The notes beneath the pieces are model-generated. The model was given only the letters and a program-made list of their open reading frames with translations, did not search any database and was not told where the DNA came from. Shown here one piece after another: positions 21,758 through 30,880 of a DNA stretch of 46,050 nucleotides. Numbering within the stretch: position 1 is the first letter of the stretch; the number at the start of each line of letters is the position of its first letter. The position numbers and the translations under genes were made by a program. This stretch comes from a virus, in IMG/VR virus record IMGVR_UViG_3300009537_000030, positions 1 through 46,050 of that record, one strand, 5' to 3'.

Positions 21758-23450
21758 GGTTCACCTAATGGTTACAATTAAAAGTTATAACAAACGACTT
21801 GAAGCATTGAAGTCTGAACGTACATCGTTCTTACCTTTATGGCGTGAGTTATCAGACTATCACCTGGCACATCGTGGGCGATTCCTGACATCTGACCGTA
21901 ACAAAGGCTTCAAGCGCAATACTAAACAGATTAACAATACGTCACGTTTATCATCACGCACATTAGCGTCTGGTATGATGTCCGGTATCACATCACCTGC
22001 ACGACCATGGTTCAGATTAGGTTCAGGTGACAAGAAGCTGGATGACGTTACTGCAGTGAAGCAGTGGTTGTATGATGTTCAGAATGTGATGTACAAAGTA
22101 TTTTCTTCATCAAATTTTTATAACTCACTGCATCAATTGTATTCAGAACTCGGTGTGTTCGGTACCGCATCAATGGGTATCTATGAAGACTTTGAGAACG
22201 TCATCTGGTGTAAACCGTATACAGTGGGTAGTTATATGCTGGGTATGGATGGTCAGAACGTCAATGATACGTTATACCGTGAATATGAATTAAGTGTTGG
22301 TCAGGTTGTTAAGCAGTTCGGTATTGATAAAGTCAGTGAGTCTGTGAAGAAACAATGGGAAGACGGGAACACTGAAGCATGGGTGAAGATTGTCCATGCT
22401 ATTGAACCTAATGATGATCGTGACCGTCAAAGTGTTAAAGCATCTGATATGCCGTTTCGTTCTGTTTATTATGAGCATGACCAGGGTGCCAAGAATAAAG
22501 AAGGTCAATTCTTACGTGAATCAGGTTTCCAGGAATACCCTATTGTGTCACCACGTTGGGATGTTACCGGAGAAGATGTCTATGCTACAGACTGTCCCGG
22601 CATCACGACTATCGGTGATACAAAAGCATTGCAGCTGGCTGAACGTCGTAAGTATCAAGCGATTGATAAACTTGTAAGTCCACCATTACAGGGACCTTCA
22701 ACACTGAAGAACAAGATGAAGGGTGACCAATTACAACCGAATGAAATTGTATGGCATTCTGACTCTAATAACGGTGGTCTTCGTAGTGTGTATGAGCATT
22801 ACCGTCCTGAGATTGAGCAAATCAAAGAAGAAATATTTAATGTAGAGGATCGTGTTAAGCGTGGGTTCTATGAAGATTTATTCCTGATGCTGGCTAATAC
22901 TGACCGTCGTCAAATTACTGCACGTGAAGTTGCTGAGAAGCATGAAGAGAAATTGTTGATGTTAGGCCCGGTACTTGAGCGTTTACATACTGAGTTACTT
23001 GATCCTGCTATTGACCGTGTGTTCAACATTCTACAACGTAACGGTGTATTACCTATACCACCACCTGAGTTGCAAGATAAAGAACTTAATGTGGAATATG
23101 TATCAGTATTGGCACAAGCACAACGTCTTGTTAACACAGGTGCAATTGACCGTATGGCTGAATTTACAGCAGGTGTTGCAAACGTATGGCCTGAAGCACG
23201 TCATAAAATTAACATTAATCAAAGTGTTGATGACTATGCTGAAGCGTTGGGTGTTAATCCTTCAATGGTTGTCAGTGATGCTGATGCTGCAGCAGCTGCT
23301 CAAGCTGAAGCACAAATGCAACAACAAATGGCTGCAATGGAACAAACAGCACAAATGGCTGCAATGGCAAAGACAGCATCTGAAACACCTGTCGGTGAAG
23401 ACGGTACTGCCCTTGATGTGATGATGGAAGGTGCCGGGGTTGCGCCATGA
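21747..23450 (+). CDS. Portal (head-tail connector) protein; likely start at 21768
   Basis: Size, position after the terminase, and an N-terminus KRLEALKSERTSFLPLWRELSDY typical of podovirus connectors. TGAGG lies 8 nt before the ATG at 21768. Confidence 0.75.
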   Translation: MNYEVHLMVTIKSYNKRLEALKSERTSFLPLWRELSDYHLAHRGRFLTSDRNKGFKRNTKQINNTSRLSSRTLASGMMSGITSPARPWFRLGSGDKKLDDVTAVKQWLYDVQNVMYKVFSSSNFYNSLHQLYSELGVFGTASMGIYEDFENVIWCKPYTVGSYMLGMDGQNVNDTLYREYELSVGQVVKQFGIDKVSESVKKQWEDGNTEAWVKIVHAIEPNDDRDRQSVKASDMPFRSVYYEHDQGAKNKEGQFLRESGFQEYPIVSPRWDVTGEDVYATDCPGITTIGDTKALQLAERRKYQAIDKLVSPPLQGPSTLKNKMKGDQLQPNEIVWHSDSNNGGLRSVYEHYRPEIEQIKEEIFNVEDRVKRGFYEDLFLMLANTDRRQITAREVAEKHEEKLLMLGPVLERLHTELLDPAIDRVFNILQRNGVLPIPPPELQDKELNVEYVSVLAQAQRLVNTGAIDRMAEFTAGVANVWPEARHKININQSVDDYAEALGVNPSMVVSDADAAAAAQAEAQMQQQMAAMEQTAQMAAMAKTASETPVGEDGTALDVMMEGAGVAP

Positions 23451-23701
23451 GTGAAGAACACGCAAAAACACCGAATAACCCTGAAGAGTTAGCGGTGCAG
23501 AACCTTATGAAAAATGAGGGAATGCGTAACTATATGTGGAAACAGTTGCAAGAAGCCGGTGTTTTTGAGAACATATTCGATATGGACCCCATTAAGCATG
23601 CGTATAATGCGGGGAAGAGACAGAACGGGTTGCGACTTGATCAAGATTTGAAAGAGTATGCACCTGATATGTACATTAAAATGATGAAAGAAAATATTTA
23701 A
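23447..23701 (+). CDS. Hypothetical protein
   Basis: 84-aa ORF; ATGA overlap with the portal stop. Confidence 0.55.
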   Translation: MSEEHAKTPNNPEELAVQNLMKNEGMRNYMWKQLQEAGVFENIFDMDPIKHAYNAGKRQNGLRLDQDLKEYAPDMYIKMMKENI

Positions 23702-23722
23702 CAAGGTGACGGAGAAAACAAA

Positions 23723-24436
23723 ATGTTTACATACAGACAATTATTAGCACGTAAATACCGCGACGAGTCAACAGATGACAGTGACGGCGGTACACCTGCA
23801 GCAACTGCAGACGATTCAACAGTTTTAACCGGTGACGCTGGTACTGAAACAGGTACTGAAACGAAACTTGATGACGATGGTAACCCCATTGTTGATGGTG
23901 CAAAACTTGATGATGATGGTAACCCCATTGTTGATGGTGATGCAGATGCTGGTGCAGAAGGTAGTGATGTGGTTCCAGACACCTATGCCGACTTTGCTAT
24001 GCCTGAAGGAATGCAAATTGATGAGGCTGCTTTAACTGAAGCAATTCCAGTTTTTAAAGAACTAGGGTTGACTCAAGCGCAGTCTCAGCAAATTATTGAC
24101 CTTCAAGCAAAGTTAGTCCAGGCGGGTTCTGAGAAACAGGTCAACGACTTCAACCAGCTGATGACTGACTGGCGTACCCAAACTGAGAATGACAGTGAAA
24201 TCGGTGGAGACAGTTTCCCTGAAAATGTCAAAGTCGCACAAGCTGCTATTTCTCAATATGGAACACCAGAACTGAAACAGCTGCTGGAAGAACAAGGTGT
24301 GGGTAACCACCCTGAAGTCGTCCGGTTTATGGTTCGAGTTGGCAAGACGCTGAAAGAAGATGTACCGGGTTCACCTGGTGCTGCTACATCTCAAGCTAAA
24401 AGCCGAGTTGATTTGCTTTATCCAAACGATTCTTAA
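23723..24436 (+). CDS. Scaffolding protein (by position)
   Basis: Acidic 237-aa protein between portal and capsid genes, with an internal KLDDDGNPIVDG duplication. Confidence 0.55.
   Translation: MFTYRQLLARKYRDESTDDSDGGTPAATADDSTVLTGDAGTETGTETKLDDDGNPIVDGAKLDDDGNPIVDGDADAGAEGSDVVPDTYADFAMPEGMQIDEAALTEAIPVFKELGLTQAQSQQIIDLQAKLVQAGSEKQVNDFNQLMTDWRTQTENDSEIGGDSFPENVKVAQAAISQYGTPELKQLLEEQGVGNHPEVVRFMVRVGKTLKEDVPGSPGAATSQAKSRVDLLYPNDS
23864..23941 (+). repeat. Tandem 39-bp repeat x2 inside the scaffold gene
   Basis: aaacttgatgacgatggtaaccccattgttgatggtgca is repeated immediately. Three differences (23874, 23901 and 23902). Confidence 0.85.
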
Positions 24437-24456
24437 ATTAAAGAGGAACACACATT

Positions 24457-25455
24457 ATGGCTACTCTAGGAAATAGCTTTGTCGATTTAGTCGATATCTA
24501 TAAGTCACAAGACGGTCGCGGTCAATTTGTACCCGTGATTGAAATGTTGATGGAAATGACCCCAATGCTTGACGACGCGATTGCTGTCGAATGCAACAAG
24601 GGCACCACTCACCTGCACACAGTTCGTTCAGGTTTACCGTCTGTTACATGGGGTAAGTTGTATCAAGGTATCCCAAACAGCAAAGGCTTAAAGGCTCAAG
24701 TTGAAGACACCACTGGTTTTGTTGAAGGTTTAAGTACCGTTGACAAGCGTTTGTTGGAATTATCTACAAATGAAGGTGCTGTACGTTTATCTGAAGCTCA
24801 ATCGTATCTTGAAGCCATGGCTCAAGAAGTTGCGACTAAGCTGATTTACGGTAACAGTGCATCAGATCCAGAAGAATTCATGGGGCTTGCTCCACGATTC
24901 AATGACACAACTGCAGCTAATGGTAATCAGATTATCTTAGCAGGTGGTACAGGTTCTGATAACACGTCTATCTGGTTCGTTACCTGGGGTGATAACCAGT
25001 GTAACTTGTTGTATCCAAGCGGTACGAGTGCTGGTGTACAGCGTGATGACAAGGGTGAGCAACGTGTACTTGATAGTTCAGGTAATGCTTACTACGCGAA
25101 AGAAGAAATGTTCACATGGCACATTGGTCTTGCAGTTAAAGATTGGCGTTATGTGGCGCGTATTGCCAACATCGATGTATCAGCTATTGCAGCTGGTTCA
25201 ATTGCATTGTATGACTTCATGCGTAAGGCATACTACAAATTGCAGAACCGTCGTGTTGCAGGTGGTAAGATTTGTATCTACTGTAACCGTGATGTACTTG
25301 AAGCACTTGATGCATTATCTACAAATGCTGGTACTTCAGACAGTTTCGTACGGTTAAAGCCTATGGAAATCGAAGGTAAGGAAGTAATGACTTATCGCGG
25401 TATTCCAATTCGTGAAACCGATGCAATCATCAACACTGAAGCGTTAGTAGCTTAA
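24457..25455 (+). CDS. Major capsid protein (HK97-fold type)
   Basis: 332 aa; strong AGAGGA RBS; terminator hairpin downstream. ECNKGTTHLHTVRSGLPSVTWGKLYQGIPNSKG resembles capsid families of BPP-1-like podophages. Confidence 0.8.
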   Translation: MATLGNSFVDLVDIYKSQDGRGQFVPVIEMLMEMTPMLDDAIAVECNKGTTHLHTVRSGLPSVTWGKLYQGIPNSKGLKAQVEDTTGFVEGLSTVDKRLLELSTNEGAVRLSEAQSYLEAMAQEVATKLIYGNSASDPEEFMGLAPRFNDTTAANGNQIILAGGTGSDNTSIWFVTWGDNQCNLLYPSGTSAGVQRDDKGEQRVLDSSGNAYYAKEEMFTWHIGLAVKDWRYVARIANIDVSAIAAGSIALYDFMRKAYYKLQNRRVAGGKICIYCNRDVLEALDALSTNAGTSDSFVRLKPMEIEGKEVMTYRGIPIRETDAIINTEALVA

Positions 25456-25471
25456 GTATTGGTACATCAGT

Positions 25472-25496
25472 GGTAGGGGAAACCCTACCTACTTTT
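25472..25496 (+). terminator. Rho-independent terminator after the capsid gene
   Basis: GGTAGGG-GAAA-CCCTACC (25472-25489), then TACTTTT. Confidence 0.65.
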
Positions 25497-25518
25497 AAAA
25501 ATTAAGGAGATCATAATT

Positions 25519-25974
25519 ATGATTTTTTCAGCTCAACAAATATTTTCTGATGACCAAGCAATCACAGCTACTGCGATTTCTACAAATGTCATCGACCTTG
25601 GCGTAGCTGGCACACCGTATGGTGCTGCTGCTGCATTGAATCAAGACGTGGGTAAGGGTAACCCCATTCCACTTTTAATTCAGGTCACCGCAGATCTGAG
25701 TAATGCTGCTGATGATGGTACAGTAACTTTTACCGTTGAATGTGACAGTACTGCTAACTTAGCTACCTCACCTACGGTTCTATATAGTTCAGGGGTTATT
25801 GCAGAAGCAGACTTGGTAGCAGGGTATCAGATACCAGTGCAGGTTCTTCCAAATGAATGTACTGCTCGTTATCTGGGTATCCGCTACACTGTTGGTGGTA
25901 CCGGAAACTTGAATGCAGGTACAGTCACAGCAGGTATCGTCATGGGTGTCCAGACTAACGTCACGGGTGCTTAA
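25519..25974 (+). CDS. Capsid decoration/cement-like protein
   Basis: 151-aa Gly/Thr/Ala-rich beta-type protein immediately after the capsid gene; AAGGAG RBS. Confidence 0.45.
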   Translation: MIFSAQQIFSDDQAITATAISTNVIDLGVAGTPYGAAAALNQDVGKGNPIPLLIQVTADLSNAADDGTVTFTVECDSTANLATSPTVLYSSGVIAEADLVAGYQIPVQVLPNECTARYLGIRYTVGGTGNLNAGTVTAGIVMGVQTNVTGA

Positions 25975-26063
25975 TCAGTAAATAGATGACAGGTGCTACG
26001 CAATAACTAGCTGACGCTTAATTACCCACAAGGGGTAGCCTGTTTTTCTTTTAATAATTTGGA

Positions 26064-26402
26064 GTGATAAACATGCCACAATATAAAGTTTTAGAAAAAG
26101 GTTTTTACAACGGTATGATGTATGACCCACGGGGTAAACGTCCTGTATTGACTACAGATAAACCGTTCACAAAAAAGAACCCGATGCCGAAATGGTTAGG
26201 TCCAATGCCTAAAGAGTCAGCTGACCTTAAAGCGAAGCGTGAAGCTGCTGAAAAAGCTCAAGAAGCACTTGATAAAGCGAAAGCTGAAGAAGATGAAGAA
26301 GAACTTAAAGCTGCATCAACTGAAGGTGGTGAAGGTGAGACTTCGTTCTTAGGTAAAGTGAAAGATGCTATTACTGGGAAGTCTAACGTAGAAACACTTT
26401 AA
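26064..26402 (+). CDS. Hypothetical virion-module protein; likely start at 26073
   Basis: GGAG lies 8 nt before the ATG at 26073 (MPQYKVLEKGFY). Charged coiled C-terminus. Confidence 0.55.
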   Translation: MINMPQYKVLEKGFYNGMMYDPRGKRPVLTTDKPFTKKNPMPKWLGPMPKESADLKAKREAAEKAQEALDKAKAEEDEEELKAASTEGGEGETSFLGKVKDAITGKSNVETL

Positions 26403-26412
26403 GAGGTGTACC

Positions 26413-26727
26413 ATGCCTGATGATTTAATTGATATTAAGAAAAATAAGTCAGAGTCAACTGCGTTATGTTGTCCTGATAACGAAAATTATCCTTACGGGA
26501 CCAGCATCAGCTTCGATGATGACATGGTTGATTCTTTGGGTTTAGGTAAACTTGCAGTCGGTGATGTTGTTGAAGTGCGTGGGCTTGCTTATGTTCAAAG
26601 TAAATCTGAGCATGACAGTGAAGAACATTCAAGTAAATCTGTGTCATTACAGTTAACTGCAGTGAACACGACTACAAATAACGATACCCGCGTGAATAAA
26701 ATGTACGGTGATAATAATGACAAGTGA
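26413..26727 (+). CDS. Hypothetical virion-module protein
   Basis: 104-aa ORF; GAGGTG RBS. Confidence 0.55.
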   Translation: MPDDLIDIKKNKSESTALCCPDNENYPYGTSISFDDDMVDSLGLGKLAVGDVVEVRGLAYVQSKSEHDSEEHSSKSVSLQLTAVNTTTNNDTRVNKMYGDNNDK

Positions 26728-27367
26728 AGTTGAAATCTGCAACATGGCTTTGTCTAATATTAGAGCCGGTAGCATCAACAGTCTTGATGAGGCTAGTCTA
26801 CCGGCACAAATATGTAAATTAAAATACAACATCATTCGTGACATGTTGCTCACTGAAGTGCCGTGGGGGTTTGCACATAAGATTAAAGGGTTGTCTTTAT
26901 TGACCACTGAAATATTCAATTGGGTGTATGCTTATCAATATCCGGTCGATTGTTTTAAAATCAATCGTTTAATTGGAGCACAAGAACAATTACTCAATGC
27001 TGATGCTGATTCAGTTTCAAGAGCATTAGACAGTCAATTATTACCGTATAGACGTATACAAGTGTCTTACGAGATATTCAACTTCGACAATAATAAAGTC
27101 ATCGGTGCTAATGAGTCAGACTTGCGTATTGATTATATTGCAAACATTACTGATCCAAACTTATTTTCAAACAATTTCATATTAGCATTCTCTCATTTAC
27201 TTGCATCTGAGATAGCGGTACCTATTGTCGGTGTTGAAAAAGGCAGACAGTTACGCAGTGATTCATTGCAGATGTATAAAGAATATCTTGCAACAGCTGA
27301 AGCTGATGATCTCAATGAACAATATTTTGCACCGGATTTAAGTGAATTTGAAACAATCAGGAGATAA
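26708..27367 (+). CDS. Head-tail adaptor / tail tubular protein A (T7 gp11-like); likely start at 26717
   Basis: EVEICNMALSNIRAGSINSLDEAS....IIRDMLLTEVPWGFA parallels the gp11-type N-terminus. Confidence 0.6.
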   Translation: MIIMTSEVEICNMALSNIRAGSINSLDEASLPAQICKLKYNIIRDMLLTEVPWGFAHKIKGLSLLTTEIFNWVYAYQYPVDCFKINRLIGAQEQLLNADADSVSRALDSQLLPYRRIQVSYEIFNFDNNKVIGANESDLRIDYIANITDPNLFSNNFILAFSHLLASEIAVPIVGVEKGRQLRSDSLQMYKEYLATAEADDLNEQYFAPDLSEFETIRR

Positions 27368-27369
27368 TT

Positions 27370-29919
27370 GTGCCTCAAACTATTCAACGTAGTTTTACAG
27401 CGGGTGAACTATCCCCTTCATTACAAGCCAGAGCAGATATTGCAAAATACACTAATGGTCTGAACCTATGTGAAAATTTCTTTGTACGTTCACAAGGGGG
27501 TGTGTATTCACGACCTGGGTTCCGTTTCACCGGTGAGTTAGATGACTCATCAAAAGTAGGGCGGTTAATTCCTTTCAGCTTCAACACTGAACAAACTTAC
27601 ATACTTGTATTTGAACATTTGAAAATGCGTGTCATCAAAGATGGTGGTTACGTGTTAGCGGGTGCAGGTCCTGCTTTATTTGAGTTAGTAACTCCTTATA
27701 CTGAAGCTCAGTTATCACGATTAAGTTATACACAATCTGCTGATGTGATGACCATTGCTCATCCAAGTCATGATGATGCTAATTTAAACAGATTAGCTGA
27801 CGACAACTGGACATTAGTTTCGAATAATTATGCATCAACAGTCACTGCACCCACGTTCCCTAGTAGTCTTGCTAAGACCATCACAGGTATTACACAAGCT
27901 AATCCTGCTGTTGTGACTGCTACAGGACACACTTTTTCTACAGGTAACACCGTCGATATCTCCGGTGTTGTCGGCATGACAGAAGTTAATGGTCGATCAT
28001 TTAAAATCACAGTATTGGATGCAAACACTTTCGAGTTAGTCGATGAAGATTCTACGACTCACACTGCTTATACATCAGGCGGCACTGCAACTCGTACAGG
28101 AGGTGTAACAACCATCGGTTCAGGTTTCAGTGCTTTTGAGAAAACATACACTTATGTAATTACAGCTGTTGATGCTAACGGTATTGAGTCATTAGCGTCA
28201 GCTGAAGTAACAATCACCACGGGGTCATTATCAACAACCGGTGGTATTCGCCTAGATTGGAACGCTGTCGCGGGTGCTGATTATTACCGTGTTTACAAAG
28301 ACCCATCGAACGATACACAAATTTATGGTTGGATCGGTGATTCTAATAACACCAGCTTTGAAGATTATAATACTGCACCAATTACAAGTGATGCACCACC
28401 GCAAGACCGTCAACCTTTTACTGGTGCTGACAATAAACCGGCTGTTGTTACTTATTTTCAACAACGTAGGATATATGCTAATACTAATAATGAACCGCAA
28501 TCTGTGTTCACAACACAAGTAGCTAATTTTAATTCGTTACGCACTTCAAATCCTGCGCGTGATGATGATGCAATCACATTCACTATTGCTGCACAGCAGG
28601 TTAATGAGATACGACATTTATTAGCACTCGATATATTAATTGCATTGACATCAGGCGGTGAATGGATCGCAAGCGAAGGTCAAGATAAAGTATTAACACC
28701 ATCGACGATTGGTATCAGACCACAATCTTATAACGGTGCATCATGGGTTAAACCTGTTGTTATCAACAGTACTGCACTGTACCTGCAAGAAAAAGGTGCA
28801 CGCTTACGTGACCTGGGGTACCAGTTCAGTAGTGATAAATACACCGGTAATGATTTATCTATAATGTCAGAACATTTGTTTGAAGGTCACACCATAATTG
28901 AAATGGCGTATGCTAACGAACCCTATGGTATTTTGTGGTGTGTTCGTGACGACGGTGTGCTGTTAGGGCTTACTTACCAACGTGAACACGAAGTATGGGG
29001 TTGGCATCAACACGTTACCGATGGTGAATTTGAATCCGTTGCAACAATAAGTGAAGATGGTCGTGATGCTCTGTATGCTATTGTTAAACGTACTGTTAAC
29101 GGTTCCACTGTTCGTTATGTTGAAAGACTCGAGAAACGTGAACAAACGACTGTTGAAGATTGTTTTTACGTTGACTCAGGTTTATCTTACAACGGTGTAA
29201 CTGCGACTATATCCGGTGCAACACAGGCTAATCCTGTTGTTATCACTGCCACAGCACACCCGTTCGTCAATGGTGACAGTGTTCGTATTGAAGACGTAGC
29301 GGGTATGACTGAGTTAAATGACAATGTTTATGTCGTTGCGAATGCTGCTACTAATACTTTTGAGCTAACAACCACCGATGGTACCGCTTTCACAGCATAT
29401 ACTTCAGGTGGTACAGTACTCAAAGTGATAACAACAGTATCAGGATTAGACCACCTTGAAGCAAAAGATGTGGTTATATTGGCTGACGGTCTTGTTGTTG
29501 AGGATAAAACAGTAGCGTCCGGGTCCATAACTCTTGATGAACCAGCGAACAAAATTCATATTGGCTTACAGTATATACCTGCTATTGAATTACTTGACCT
29601 TGATATTGCATCAGCCACTGATACCTTGAAAGCAAAATCAGTGTCAGTGTCTAAAGTTTACATTGAAGTGGAGAAGTCACGCGGCGGCTGGGTTGGTGCG
29701 CGGGTTGATTTGACCAGCGATACCACCGTGAACTATCAAGAAATTAAACCACGATTTGAGTCAGATGATTATGGTGTCATACCACTCAGAACATTCAAGC
29801 AAGAAGTGATTATTGACCCACAATGGAGCAAAGGCGGCGGGGTTCGTATTGAGCAACGTGATCCTTTACCCATGGCGATATTGTCTGTAATTCCAGAGGT
29901 TGATGTGGGTGACAGTTAA
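27370..29919 (+). CDS. Large tail tube/nozzle protein (T7 gp12-like position) with two FCCH-like inserts and an FN3-like insert
   Basis: GTG start after AGGAG. FTAGELSPSLQARADIAKYTNGL N-terminus. About 70-aa repeats at 27880-28089 and 29209-29418. Confidence 0.6.
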   Translation: MPQTIQRSFTAGELSPSLQARADIAKYTNGLNLCENFFVRSQGGVYSRPGFRFTGELDDSSKVGRLIPFSFNTEQTYILVFEHLKMRVIKDGGYVLAGAGPALFELVTPYTEAQLSRLSYTQSADVMTIAHPSHDDANLNRLADDNWTLVSNNYASTVTAPTFPSSLAKTITGITQANPAVVTATGHTFSTGNTVDISGVVGMTEVNGRSFKITVLDANTFELVDEDSTTHTAYTSGGTATRTGGVTTIGSGFSAFEKTYTYVITAVDANGIESLASAEVTITTGSLSTTGGIRLDWNAVAGADYYRVYKDPSNDTQIYGWIGDSNNTSFEDYNTAPITSDAPPQDRQPFTGADNKPAVVTYFQQRRIYANTNNEPQSVFTTQVANFNSLRTSNPARDDDAITFTIAAQQVNEIRHLLALDILIALTSGGEWIASEGQDKVLTPSTIGIRPQSYNGASWVKPVVINSTALYLQEKGARLRDLGYQFSSDKYTGNDLSIMSEHLFEGHTIIEMAYANEPYGILWCVRDDGVLLGLTYQREHEVWGWHQHVTDGEFESVATISEDGRDALYAIVKRTVNGSTVRYVERLEKREQTTVEDCFYVDSGLSYNGVTATISGATQANPVVITATAHPFVNGDSVRIEDVAGMTELNDNVYVVANAATNTFELTTTDGTAFTAYTSGGTVLKVITTVSGLDHLEAKDVVILADGLVVEDKTVASGSITLDEPANKIHIGLQYIPAIELLDLDIASATDTLKAKSVSVSKVYIEVEKSRGGWVGARVDLTSDTTVNYQEIKPRFESDDYGVIPLRTFKQEVIIDPQWSKGGGVRIEQRDPLPMAILSVIPEVDVGDS

Positions 29920-30370
29920 ATATGTCAAACCCACCGTTGAATTGGTGGAAGAGATTGCGAGAAACATGCGTCAGGCTGATGTTGAAGAAGTCTGGGCTTC
30001 AGATAACTTCACACCATTAGAGGCCCTGATGAGCAGCTGGAAGATGTCAGAGTACACGGTGGTGATCACTATAAATGACGAACCTTGTGTTATGATGGGG
30101 TTAGTAATACGTGACATACTATCTGGAAACGGTATACCATGGATGTTAGGAACCGATACCGCGTTAAAGTATAAGAAGAAATTCTTTACTGAGGTCCCAG
30201 ATGTAATGACTCAGATGTTGAGTATTTGCCCTAGATTGTATAATTATGTACATTCTAAGAATGAAGTCAGCATTAAATGGCTCAAGTGGATAGGGTTTAT
30301 TTTATGTGACCCTGAACCATACGGGTGTGAGAAAGAACTTTTTCATAAATTTTATATTGAGAGAACATAA
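29900..30370 (+). CDS. Internal-virion-protein-A-like (DUF2833/GNAT-fold-like) protein
   Basis: IARNMRQADVEEVWA...GIPWMLGT...VHSKNEVSIKWLKWIGF pattern. Likely ATG at 29903. Confidence 0.45.
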   Translation: MMWVTVKYVKPTVELVEEIARNMRQADVEEVWASDNFTPLEALMSSWKMSEYTVVITINDEPCVMMGLVIRDILSGNGIPWMLGTDTALKYKKKFFTEVPDVMTQMLSICPRLYNYVHSKNEVSIKWLKWIGFILCDPEPYGCEKELFHKFYIERT

Positions 30371-30373
30371 GTC

Positions 30374-30877
30374 ATGTGTACACCAACGGCAATGATATTA
30401 ACAACAATAGCTTCAACTGCTATGCAGATGAAAGCATCAAGTGACCAGGCTGACTTTGAACAAGGTAAAGCTGAGTACAATGCGCGTGTGAGTGAAAACA
30501 CAGCGCAAAAAGTTGTCGATGTAGGTGTTGAAAAAGAGAACGTATTACGACTAAAAACTGCACGACTTCAAGCACAACAAAAAGCACAACTTGGTGCACT
30601 CAATGTCGATGTCGGTTCAGGTACAGCATTCCAGTTACAAGAAGACACAGCCACACTCGGTGAAGCAGATGCATTACGTATTCGCAGTGGTGCACTTGAC
30701 CAAGCGGGTTCATTGATGACTCAATCAAAATTAACTCGAAGTGAAGGTGAGTACGCACAAATAGCTGGAAAGAATAAAGCATTTGGTAGTTTACTCAAAG
30801 GCGGGTCAAGTATTGCCAGCACAGGTGTGGCTGATAAATGGCTCACACCTGATAGTTCAGCAATCAAAGTAGGATAA
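30374..30877 (+). CDS. Internal virion protein (by position)
   Basis: 167 aa, hydrophobic N-terminus, Ala/Gln-rich helices. Confidence 0.4.
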   Translation: MCTPTAMILTTIASTAMQMKASSDQADFEQGKAEYNARVSENTAQKVVDVGVEKENVLRLKTARLQAQQKAQLGALNVDVGSGTAFQLQEDTATLGEADALRIRSGALDQAGSLMTQSKLTRSEGEYAQIAGKNKAFGSLLKGGSSIASTGVADKWLTPDSSAIKVG

Positions 30878-30880
30878 ATC

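Noticed and set aside
22975-23421. 148-aa alternative-frame ORF inside the 3' part of the portal gene; likewise 24944..25357 inside the capsid gene.
   Set aside because: No RBS and Leu/Gln/Val-rich nonsense-like composition. The primary frames carry recognisable portal and capsid sequence. Unlike the intein case, there is no paralogue or motif supporting the second frame.
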